64,000 nucleotides of DNA from Candidatus Multivoradales bacterium. Its GTDB lineage: Bacteria > Acidobacteriota > Thermoanaerobaculia > Multivoradales > JAHEKO01. The notes below the pieces were generated by a model. The model saw only the letters and a program-made list of their open reading frames with translations. It did not search any database and was not told where the DNA came from. The stretch is from contig CBDCVR010000015.1 of assembly GCA_965223155.1 (NCBI GenBank), positions 896,001 through 960,000 on the forward strand. Reading direction: 5' to 3'. The translations under genes were made by a program, and so were the position numbers. Shown here one piece after another: positions 42,101 through 54,027 of this stretch (positions within the stretch are counted from its first letter, which is position 1; each line of letters opens with the position of its first letter).

Positions 42101-45100
42101 CGACGGTCGGGGTAACAAAGACGTCGGTCGCGGTCGGATCCGAGGCTTCGGCGGTCGCCGGGTCGTCCGAAATCACCGGCGCCAGCTCGGCACTGGCGAC
42201 GCTCGCCTGGTTCTGGATAGCCAATGCAAGAGCCGGGAACGGATCGTCGACGACCACCTGGAAGCTCACGGTCTGGGTGGCGCCGGCCGCGACCGAACCC
42301 ACTTGCACTTCGATCGGATCTTCGCTCGTGACGCTGCCGGCCGAGGTCTGAACCGAGCCCGCGACTAGAGCCGTGTTGAGCGGAGTCGTATCGGTGACGA
42401 CGACGGCGGTGGCGGCGGTGTTCCCCAGGTTCCGAAGAACGATGCAGTAGAGGATGGTGTCTCCGGGTGAGACCTGTCCATCCCCGTCCGCGTCCACCAG
42501 CAAGAGGCCGGTCTTCTCGACCACAAGATCCGGTGCGGCCGACACCGCGGTAACCGTCGGGTCGGCCGAGCCTCCGAGGTCTGGATCATCCGTCGGCACG
42601 AGCGGTAGCTCGATGCTGGTCACCTCGCCCTGATTCGAGATCTCGGCCACTCCGGCCGCTACGGGGTCGTCCACGACCACCTCGAAGAACACCGCCGCCG
42701 TTCCCATCCCGCCTAGGATCTCTCCCAAGGCGATCCGGACCGGATCCTCCGAATCGATCGAACCCTGGCTCGCGGAGATCGATCCCGGAACGAGGGTGGT
42801 GTGAGCCGGGATCGGGTCTTCGAGAACCACTCCGCTCGCCGCGGTATTACCGTTGTTCTTGATCTCGATGCCGTACCGGATCGTGTCGCCCGGACTCGGG
42901 ACGCCGTCGCCATCGGCATCGGCGGCAAGCGCGTCCACCTTCTCGGCCACGAGGTCGGGGAGCGCGACGACCGTCGTCACCGTGGGATCCGCATCTCCAC
43001 CCAGATCCGGGTCGTCGCTCAGGACCGCGGGCACCTCCGCCGAAGTCACAACTGCCTGATTGACCACCGCATCAAAGCCCGCGGGCACGGGATCGTCGAC
43101 GAGAACCCTGAAGGCCACGGTCGCGACCGCGCCGTTGGCCAGATCGCCGATGTTGACCGTCACCGGATTCTCGGAAACCACGATTCCCAAGTCCGACGTC
43201 ACCGAGCCGGCAACGATCCTGGTCCCCTGCGGCACCTGGTCGGTCAAAACGACGTTCGTCGCCAGGCCCCCCGCATTGGAAACCACGATCGAGTAAAGCA
43301 GCTCGTCTCCTGGGCTTGGGACGCCGTCTGAGTCGTTGTCGGCCGAGAGCTCGTCGACCTTGGTGACGCCGAGAACCGGCGCAGCCACATCGTCGTTCAG
43401 GATCGTCCCGGTCCCGGCGGCGAAGAAGATCGCGGCGTTGACCGGATTCGCGAGCACGAATCGAAAGCGCTCGTCGATCTCCACGTCCTCGTCACCAAAG
43501 ACGTCGATCGCGACGGTCTTCGAGGTCTCCCCCGGGGCGAACGTAAGACTGCCCGAGGCCGCCGCGTAGTCGATGCCGGCGCTTGCTTCCTCGTCGGCCG
43601 TCGCGTAGTCGACCGTCACCGTCAGCGAGCTGGGTGACGAGAGGCTCACGGTGAAGACAAACGAGGTCGTGCCCGAGTCGCCCTCCAGGGCTTCGACGTT
43701 CCCCACGAGGACCACCGGCAGGGCCTCCACGTCCCCGGTATCGGCGCCCACGTTATTCGACAGATCGGTATCGGTCTCCGCGGCCGACACCGTAGCCAGG
43801 TTCTGGACGCTCATCGGCGCGTCCGTTCCCACGGAAACCTCGAGGGTCAGGGCGGGAAGCGTTGCGCCCGCGCCGAGCGGCCCGGCATGCTCGCAGCTCA
43901 CGACTCCAGCGGCCTCCGTGCAGCTCCAGCCGGAGCCGAAGGCTCCGAGGAAGACCTGGCCCACGGGCAGCTGGTCCACAATCTGGACGGGACCGAGCGC
44001 CACGGCCGGCCCGAGATTGGCGACGTCCAACCGGTACTGAACCTGCTGGCCTTGGATCAAATCGCCAATCCTGGTCTTGGTGATCGCCAGATCCGCAGAG
44101 GCTTGGAGGATGGTGGTGTCCGTTGCCGTATTGTTGGCCGGGTCGGCATCGCCGCCCGCGACCGGCGAGACCGTCACGGTCGCATCCAGCGTGCCGCGCG
44201 CCTCCGGCGCGATCTCACCGAACACCGTCAGCACAACGCTCTGCCCTGTGTCGAGATCCAGACCCGACCAGACGCCGGTGCCCGGATCGAACGAGCCGAT
44301 CGACGGCACGTAGCCTGTCGCGGCCACAGCCGCGGGAACAAAATCCGTGAGAACCACCGAAGGAGCCAGCCCGGAACCGAAGTTCGTCACCACGACTTGG
44401 TACTGGGTCGAAGTACCCGCCAGAGCGATGTCGAGCCCGTCGTCGATCGCCACCGCGAGGTCCGGACTCACTTCCCTTCGGATCTTCTGGAACAGCGCTT
44501 CTTCGGCCTCGGGGACACTGTCCACAAGCACCACGAAACCTTCCGGGCCACCCGGCGGTTGCGGCCGGACGAACTCCTCGAACGTCTCCTCGAACGTCAT
44601 TGCCCGGGCGCCGACGCCAATCCCGTTGATGACGTCGATGCCCGCGGCGACGGCGTCGTCCGCCGCCAGCCCTACCGGCCCGCCAAAATCCTCCCCATCG
44701 GTCGAGATGTCCAGGATGCGCTTCTCGCTCGGCGGATGCGCCGTCATGATGGTCGAGGTCATGAGCCGGATGCAGGTGGCCACGGCCGTACCGCCGTCCG
44801 TCTGCGGAATCGAGCGCACGGCGTCGGCCAGGGCCTGCGCGTTGGCGTCCGTGACGATCACCGGCGCCAGATCGACCCTGGCGTAGGACTGGAACTGATA
44901 GACCGAGAGACGCAATGTCCCGTCTCTGGGGATCACCGTCGGGTCTTCGAGCGCCCGAGCCACGGCCTCCAGTTGCAACTGCCACTGCTGCGCGGTGATG
45001 CTTCCGGAGGCATCGAAACAGATGCCGAGATCCACCTTCGGGCCGTCGTCGTTGACGATCTCCACCTCGGCCGAGGACCCGGCGATCGGCGCGCCCGCGG

Positions 45101-48100
45101 GCTCCGCCAACGTGACCGCGAACACTTCGTCGGGCTCGCCTACGAGATCGCCGACGACCTCGGCCGGAACGTCGACTCGCTCCTGCCCCGCGGGCACGGT
45201 GACCAGGGTCGTAGTGGCGACGAAGTCCGAGCCCGCGATCGCGGTCCCGCCTTGGGTGGCGAAGGTCACGTCGACCGGGGCCGGCGCGGCGCACGAAGCT
45301 CGGACGGGAACGTTTGTCGTCGTGAGACCAGTGTCACCTTCGAGAGTACGGCCGCCATCGACCGAGAGCGTCACCCGCCCCTTGATGCGCAGCGCCAGGG
45401 CGTCGAACCGGCAGCCGCTGAATGTGGGGTCGCCCGAGCACTGGAGCCGCACGCGCGCCGTCCGGGTGCCGGCCGGCGCAAGACGCTCGTCGGCGACCGG
45501 CGTCCAGACACTCGCGTTCCCGGTCTGGGCGCCGGTATCGAAAGCGTCGAGGAGCACTCCCGCGCCGTCCAGGTACTCGACCAGAATGCGGTAGGCGTGG
45601 GGCGGCGACTCGTAGCTGGTGCCAAATGCCCCGGCAAACGCCATCGTCAAGGCTCCGGCATCGGCCAATGCCGCATAGGCGGCCAGATCCACGTCCTGCG
45701 CGAGCTCCGGCACTCCGGCCTGGCCGCCATCGAGGAATGACAAACCGCCGTAGGGCACCGGGCCGAAGGTCACGGCATCCGGCTGCGCCCAGCTGCCCGC
45801 GGTCACGTCCCAACCCAAGATCGTGCCGCCGTCGAGCGGCTCCTCGCCGCTCCCGTTGACGAGGAGGTTGGCGCTCAAGCACGAGCCGTCGTCGTCGTCG
45901 TCCTCGATCCGAACCATCGAAAGCGCCGTCCTGAGTACCGCGTTGACCGGGGCGTCCCAGCGCACCAGAAACTCTTCCGGAACCTCGTCCAGGGTGTCCC
46001 CGACGACCGTCAGGTCGAGGGTCTTGACCGTCTCGCCGGGAGCAAACGTTAGAGTCCCGGCCGCCGCCACGAAGTCTTCGACCGCGCGAGCGGTTCCGTT
46101 CCACGTCTGATAGTCGACCGACACGGTCTGGTACTCGGCCGCGCTGAGCTCGACCGTCAGGGTCGCGGTCACACTGCCGGCGTCGCCCTCGACGACCTCG
46201 AGGAATTCGGTCACGGCGATGCTCGGCATCGGCTCGTCGTCCAGGATCCTGCCCTCGCCCTGCCCGTCGAGGATGACGGCGTTGTGCGGCGACGGAGCGC
46301 TCAGATCCACGAAAAAGGTCTTGATCGGACCCGGCTCGAGATTGCCGAAGACGGCCACCTCGACCGTGGTCGCGATCTCGCCGGCGAGAATCTGGGCCGT
46401 ACCCGAGGCCGCCTCGTAGTCGAGCCCGGCGATCGCGGTGCCGTCCGCGGTTGCCCAGGCGACCTCGACGTCGTGGACCACCGGAGAGGCAATCGAGATC
46501 TCGAAGATGGCGAGGTTGGTTCCCGAGTCGCCCTCCACGACCGGAGCATCGGCAATCGAGATCTGGACCGGGAGATCGTCATCTCTGATGGTCCCGGTCG
46601 CGGAGCCATCCCCGAGCGCGGCGTTCGCCGGCGCGGACAGAACCACTTCTAAGGTCTCATCGCCCTCGCCCGCCAGATCCGCCAGGACCTCGACCGGAAT
46701 CGTGCTCGCAGTTTCGCCAGCAGCAAAGACCAGAACGCCTGACGTGGCAACGTAGTCGCTGCCCGCGGTCGCCGTGCCATCTACGGTTGCGAACTCCACC
46801 ACCACCACTTCGCCGGTCGTGTTCGTGTGAACGACCGGAAACTCCAGGAAGATCGAACCGCTGTTGCCTTCCACCGCCTCGGCGTCGCCGATGCTCATCA
46901 GGGCCCCATCGTCGTCCTGAATCGTTACCACTCCTTCGCCGTCGCCGACGCCCACCAAGGTCGAGGAGGTCGCGATCTCGACTTGAAAGGTCTCACCCAA
47001 CTCCGCCAGGAGATCGTCCACGATGCCGACCGCAATCGTCGCATCCGTCTCCCCGGGGGCGAGCGTGATCGTTCCCGCCGCGGGCAGAAAATCACTTCCC
47101 TCGAGCGCGGTGCCGGGCACGCTCTGGTAGTCCACAACGACCGGCACCGACACCGGCGCGGAGAGCGAGACCTGCAGATCGACGCTGCCGTCTCCCTCAA
47201 CCACCGCCGCGTCCCCGACCGACAGGAAGACTCCGTCCTCGTTGCGCGTCACCACCTCGTTGGTCTCGGCCGTCGCGCCGATCAGGGGGCCATTGTCCGC
47301 CTCTCGATAGCGATAGCTCCAGGCGGCACGGTTGCGGAACTCGCCGTACCAAACCGATCCTGTCGAGTCCAAGACCTCAACGTCGAACTCGACCAGCACC
47401 AGGGCTCCGGCCGGGATGGCGCCGATCGCGACGCCCGCGGCGGGATCGGCCCCGGCCACTGGCACGCCGTTGACCCGAAACGAACCCGGCACAAACACCG
47501 TCCCCGGCGGCGGCGGGTCGGCAAAGACCACATCTTCGGCGCTCGAGGCGCCTTGATTGAAGAGTTCGACCGTGTACCCGAGCAGCTCGCCCTCCTGCAC
47601 AAAGACCTTGTCCACGGTCTTTGCCGGATCCGGGAAGGCGGCTCCGGCCGCCTCGATCTCGAACGCCAGGACATTGGGATAGTCGGCTCCGGCGCAGGAC
47701 CCATAGATCCAGGCCTCGGACAGGCCCGGCGCGAGCGCGTGGCTGGCGTCAACCTCGGTGATGTCCCACCCTTGCCTGGCGCCGGCAACCGGCGCGCCGG
47801 GCGCGTGGTTGAGCGAACCGAAGGTGCCGCGGCTGTCGAGCTGCCCGGCGCCGTCGTTGATCTGGGACGACCAGAAGAGGCCGGCGGGATTGTTGGGGCC
47901 GGAAAGCTCGAAGAACGGCCGGTTGGGCGAGTTGCCGGGGTCTTCGGGGAACAGACGCACTCGCGTTGCGTCAAGCGGATCGCCATCGCCCGCCGAGATC
48001 GCGATCCTGCCGGCCAGGGGACGAAGGCCCGGGGTGTGAAGATCGATCGGCTCGCTGAGCGTACTTTGGTTCGTACAGGTCGCAAGGCCGGTAATGATGG

Positions 48101-51100
48101 ACAGATTCCGGACAGGATCGGCCGGATCGGCGTAGGCCACCGCCAGGGTCCAGCCCGCGTGTCTCTCATTGAGCGTCGGGCTCAACACCGAATAGACGCC
48201 CTCGACTTCGTACTCGCCGCCGTGCTTGCCGGCGACGAAATCCGTGACGTCGGCCGTGCGCATGTAGGCGCGCACCCAGCTGTGGCGCCCGGTTGCCGGG
48301 TCCGGGGCTACGAGAACCGACTCGCCGTCGGGAGCGATCAAGCGCACCGGCGTGTCGCGGCCCGGATCGGTCTCGAGCGCCGATCCGGCCCACACCAGCT
48401 CGGCGTAGAGAACGCTTGCTCCCGCGGGCAGATCCAGGACAGCAGCCGACGAGTTCTGCGTCCAGTCCTGAGTCGTTCCCGGAGGGTACGTTCCCACCTG
48501 TTGAGCGGTATCGGTCGTGGTGAAGACACCGATCGCGCCTTCGGTCCCGGCTCGGTGTCGGTGCCCCGAGCAAGACCCAGCGTGTTTCCAGTGAGCACGA
48601 CCCCACCCCGCGTGGTGGTCGCGTAGCGCCGGATGAAGCGATCATCCTCGAACAGGCTGCCCAGGGCCTGGGTGTCGCCACCGATCACGGCGAGCGGCGA
48701 GACCGGGGCGATGTCCACCGTGAACTGCGACCAGCTGGAACCCACGGGGTCTCCGTCCCATAGCTCGTCGCCGATGGTCTGGATCGTGATGGTTCCTTCG
48801 GTCTGGCCGGCCGGGATCACAATCTGGCCGGAACGAGCGACGTAGTCGAAGCCGGCGAGCGCGGTCAGGTCGCCGGTCCAGAAATCGACGGCAACGTCGG
48901 AGTAGACAACCGGTTTCGACAGGGACACCACGAAGTCCAGGTCGTGGAGTCCCCGGTCGAACTCCCGCCGCGACGCGTTGGCGATCGACACCGTCACGTC
49001 GCCGTCGTCGTCCTCGATCGTTGCCGCCGCGAAGTCTCCTCCAAATCCATTCCGAAAGCCCGCGCCGATCGCGTTGTTGACGTTGAGCCGGAAGCCTTCG
49101 GCCTCTTCGTCCTCGAGGTCTCCCAAGATCTGTACGGCCACGTCGGCGGTAAGCGCGCCAGCCGGAATCGTCAGGGTTCCGGTGGTCGCGACGTAGTCGA
49201 CTCCCGCCGTGGCGAAATCGAGCGGCTCGTTGCCCAGCGGTGCCGTCGCGAAATCGGCGGTCACATCGACGGACGCGGGCCGGTCCAGATAGACGGTGAA
49301 GAAGAGATTCCTGGTGCCCACGTCACCTTCCACGACCCGGGCCGGTGCTATGTCCAGCAATGCCTCCTCGCCGTCGGCGAGCACCACGACCCGCCCGCGT
49401 GCCAGGCCGATCGAGGTACCCACGGGGCCCGCCAGATCCAGGTAGAACTCCTCCTGTGCCGGCTCGTAGGAGGTGTCGTCCACCACCGGGACGGCGATCT
49501 CCTGGAAGGTCTCCCCGGGCGCGAACGTGACCGTCCCCGAGACCGCCGTGTAGTCCGAGGGGGCGACCGCCGTGCCGTCGGCCGTGGCATAGCCCACCGA
49601 AACCGTCGAGGTGGACGCACAGGACAACTTGACCGGAACGTTGGCTACCGCGTTCTCTTCGAAGACCGCGACCTCGCCCGCCGAGACCGTCGACGTGCCG
49701 ACCGCCCGGAGCGTCAGGGCGTCGTACAGAGCCGAGTGAAAGGCACCAATCGGCACCGCGCTGACCAGCCGGACGCGGAGGACCTCGGTGCCGGCAGGGG
49801 CGGACCTAATATCGACGACCTGCTCCCAGGCGAAGGGGTTGACGCTGTCGCTCGAATCGAAGGAGTCGAGAACCGTGCCGGAGCCATCTCGATACTCGAG
49901 AACGATCCGTGAAGCATCGTCTTCCAACGCCCGGACAAAGCCCTCGAAGAAAAAGGACACCGCGCCGGCATCGATGTCGGCCGAAAGCGCCGAGACGTCA
50001 ACGTCTTGAGCGAGCTCATGCGCCACGGCACCACCGATGGTCAAGATCGAGACGCCTCCCTCGACCGGCAGCGGACTGTTGCCGGTACGCTGGCCCCAGT
50101 TACCCAGGACTTCGGTCCAGCCGATCAGGTTCTGGGCTCCGAAGTTCTCCCGCTCCTCGCCGCCGCCGTTCTCGAACAGGTTGGCACCGACGCACGCGGC
50201 GTCGTCCTCGACCACGGTCACGAAGCCGATCGCTTCGGCCGGGTAGACCACCGCGTTTGTGACCGCCACGATCCGCACCGCGATGGCCTCGTCCCCTTCG
50301 GGCAGGCCGTCGCCCAGAACCTCGACCGGAATCGTCGTGCTCGAAGCGCCGGCTGGAATCGATACCCTGCCCTCCGCGGCAACAAAGTCCAGCCCGGCGT
50401 AGGCGGAGCCGTTGGTCAAGACCTCGTAGTCAACCACGACCGGAAGCGCGGCGGGCCCGGTAAGCGTGACCGGCAGCTGGGCGATGGTCGAGCCCACGTT
50501 GCCCTCGGCCACCGCGACCTCGCCGGCCACGACCCGGACCAGAGCGTCGTCGTTCTGAATCGTGCCGCGGGCCGCCAGGGTCCCGAGAGTGACGTTGTGC
50601 GGATCAAAGAGCTCGAGGTCGAAGAACTCGTCGCCCTCGGCGATCCCGTCTCCCACGATCTCGACTTGGATCGTCCCAGCCGCGCTGCCCGCGGGAATCG
50701 TCAATGTCCCGGCCGTGGCCACGTAGTCGGAGCCCGAAGCCAAGGCCGAACCGTCGCGGGTCGCATAGTCCGCGGCGACGTCGAACGGAAAGGTCGTATC
50801 GAGAGACGCGGCAAAAACGGCCATTGTCGTGCCGGCATCACCTTCCGCCACGGTGACGTCGGCCACCGTCAGCACCGGCGCCGACCGATCCACGATGGTC
50901 CCGGTCAGCACGGGGGTGGCGACGACCATCTCGGCGGTTCCCGTCAGGTCGACCGTGAAGGATTCGTCGATCTCGGTCTCAACGTCCGCCAGAACCGGCA
51001 CGGTGACCTGCTCGCTGACAGATCCCGCCGGAAAGAGGACGCTGCCGGCCGACGCGGTGTAATCAACACCAGCGGCGGCGGTGCCGTCCGTCGTTGCGTA

Positions 51101-53824
51101 GTTGACGGTGACGTCGTCGGCGAAGGCACAGGTGAGATTCAGGGTGAAGACCGCGTCCACCGGCACGCCATCACCCTCCACCACGCGGACGCCGTCTCCG
51201 CTCAGGCCGGCCCGCTTGCCCGGGCGCAGGACGAATCCGTCGTAATAGGTGTCGTTCGATCCACCTTCGAGATGCCGGCTCACCAGGCGCAGGCGGGCCC
51301 ATCGCGTGCCTACCGGGGCGATGCCCCGCTCCGTGACTTCCTGCCAGGCCGCCGTGGACGCGATCTCACCCGAATCGAAGGCTCCGAGCACAGCCGCATT
51401 GGCGGCATCCCGGTACTCGAGGATCACCCGGGTGCTGTCGGCGGGCGCAGTGCTCGCCGAGACCACCCAACCCGCGAGTTCGAGAGCCTGCCCGCCGGCG
51501 TCGATGGCCTGCGCGTAGGCGGAGAGATCCAAGTCCTGGAAGATCTCGGCGTCACCGGCGCCGGCGGTTCGCGCCACCCAGGAGCCGGCAACGGCCCCGA
51601 AGGGCGGCGAGGTCGTCGTCGACCAGGATCCCGAGGCGACGGTCCAGTCCGCGGGTAGCGTCGTCGCCTCGAAGCTTCCCGAGGTCACTAGATCTCCTCC
51701 GTAGCACGCACCGCCGGGCAGGTCGTCATCGCGCACCACCACCGCCGCCTCGCTCCGGTCCAGGCTCGCGTTGACGACGTTCGAGAAGCTCACTTCGAAG
51801 CTCTCGTCGCCTTCCTCCAGAACGTCGCCTTCGACCGCGATCGCGAGCACGGCGGAAACCGAGCCCGCCGGGATGATCAGGGTGCCCGCGGCGGCAACGA
51901 AATCCTCGGGCGCCGTCGCGCTTCCGGCCACCGTCGCGTAGTCGACCGAGACCGGCAGGTGCGAAGCAAACGCCAGTGACAGCTCGACCGCTCCCTGAAC
52001 GGTTCCTTGATCGCCTTCCGCCACGACCGCATCCGCTACGAACAGCACCGGAGGATCGTCGTTGTTGAGAATCGTGCCCTCGCCCTCACCGTCCGCCAGG
52101 ACTGCGCCCACCGGACTCAAGAGCACCACCCGAAACGTCTCGGGGGGCTCGCTCGCCGAGTCGCCGACGACCTGGACCACCAGCGTCTTCGCAACGACGC
52201 CGGGCTCGAAGTCGAGGACGCCGGACGCCGCCAGGTAGTCGGAGCCGGCCGTCGCCGTGCCGTCCGTGGTCGCAAACGCCACCGAAATCGGATCCAGGGA
52301 CGGCTCGGACAACGTCACGACAAAGACCGCGTCAACCGAGCCCAAGTCGCTCTCGGTCACGACCACGTCGCCGACACTCAGAGTCGGCGGCGTATCGTCG
52401 TCCAGAATCGTCGCCGACGCCTGCGAGCGCTCGATCGTCGCGTTGGCCGCCGCGGAGAGATCAAGGAAGAAGGTCTCGTCGTCTTCGATTGCGGTCTCGC
52501 CGGAGACCACGACGGCAACCTCCCGCACCGTCTCACCGGGAGCGAAGGTCAAGGTGCCAGCCGCGGCGGTGTAGTCCGAGCCGGCAGTGGCGCTGCCGTC
52601 CGAGGTCGCGAAATCGACCGTCACAGTGGCCGTCGTCGCGTGCGAGAGCTCGACCAGAAACAGCGCCTCGACCGTGCCGGCATCGCCCTCGACGAGCTCG
52701 ACGTCGGCGACACCAAGAGCCGGCGAGCCGGACACCGCCGTGCAGATCTCGAGCGCCACGTCATCGACAAAGAAGTTCGAGTGCGCCGGCGCCCCACCGG
52801 TCACGGCCTCGATGCGCACCGTGTGCGACAGGCCGTCGGCGAAGGCGGACAGATTGACTTCGACACGCCGGTAGCCGGCTCGGTACGTGATCTCGTCCGC
52901 GTTGACGGTGCGCACCGGCTGCCCATCGACCAAGACGTTCAAGACATCGGCGCCGTTGCCACTCGCCCGCGGAATCCAGAGGGAAAACGACAGCGAAGCG
53001 ATGCCCGCATCGAACACCATCGACTGCTCGACACTCGACACTTCCGAGCCGGTATCCGAGCCTCCCAAGAAGGCCCAGCCGTCGCCGCTGCGCGCCCCTC
53101 CAAAGCCGCAGGTCGCGGCCGTGCAGATCGGACTTCCGAACAGAGTCGAGCCCTCCGTCCAGGCGCCGCTCGGGCTGCCGGTCTCGAAGCCGCCGTCTTG
53201 GACCCGATCGGTGATCGGCGCCACCGAACAGGCCGGCGCGGCGTCACACAGGAGCCGAACGTCGTCTACCTGCGCGTACCAGCCGAAGGCCTCCGGATCG
53301 GGATCGGCGTAGCGCCAGCGTAAGCGGACGTCGGCCGCTCCGGCGAAGGCCGTCAGGTCCACCTCGGCCGCCTCTCCGGGCAGCGCGCGCATGCCGCCCA
53401 GGTCCGCGCTCCCGGCGGCAACCGCCGCCCAGGAGACACCGGCATCGACGCTCGCTTCGAGCGCCAGAGCATCCGAGCCGGCGAAGCTTTGGTAGTTGAC
53501 CCGGTAGCGCAAGAGCGCCGAGCCGGCCGTGGAAAGATCGAGAGCGGGAGTCGCCAGTACCGCGTCGAAGGCTCCGGGTCCGGCCAGATCGCTCGACACG
53601 CAGGCGCTGTCTCCGCCGCCGCCGGTGTAGTTGAAGCTCTCGCCGCAGCCCGAGCGATCACCCCAGCTCAGGGTCCCGAGCTCCGAGGACGTCGTCCAGC
53701 CCGCCGGCAGGCCGCCCTCGAAAGCGACCGGAGCGCCGTTGCACTCGAGTGTCGCTGCCGCCGGTCCGGCGGCCAGAGTTGCCACCGCCGTCAACAGCAG
53801 ACTGGCGAGAAGGCACCTACTCAC
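39162..53824 (-). CDS. Giant (~4,900 aa) Calx-beta/DUF11/vWA surface adhesin-like protein; apparent 1-nt frameshift at 48546-48548
   Basis: Joins track ORFs 48338-54001 and 39162-48497. Signal peptide from GTG 53824; ~22 Calx-beta repeats (T.DGTA.AG.DY...TI.DDD) counted by eye; ~6 DUF11-like Ig units; vWA MIDAS DASGS; several jelly-roll glycan-binding-like domains. One extra G restores GNTLGL...PGTEGAIGVFTTTDTAQQVGTYPPGTT. Confidence 0.88.
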
Positions 53825-54027
53825 GCGGTCACGACCGCGGACTTCATGACTCGCTATCGCGCCGCTACCGGCCGATCGAGCCACCACGCTGCCAACCAAT
53901 TCCCATGAGATTCTGAACCCTTCGAACGTCCGAATCGCCGAGCGATTCCAACGAAAGTCGAAATGAGAAGCTACCGCATGGTAACATATTCGCAGCTTCA
54001 CTCACGACGGACGATAGGGGATGCTGG

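Noticed and set aside
48338-48560. Programmed frameshift or phase variation in the giant gene
   Set aside because: Only a 3-nt run with no slippery heptamer; the same error type appears elsewhere in the window, so a sequencing deletion is more likely.
39162-53824. CRISPR array or DNA-level tandem repeats
   Set aside because: Repetition is at the protein-domain level with diverged DNA; no repeat-spacer pattern or cas genes were seen anywhere in the window.
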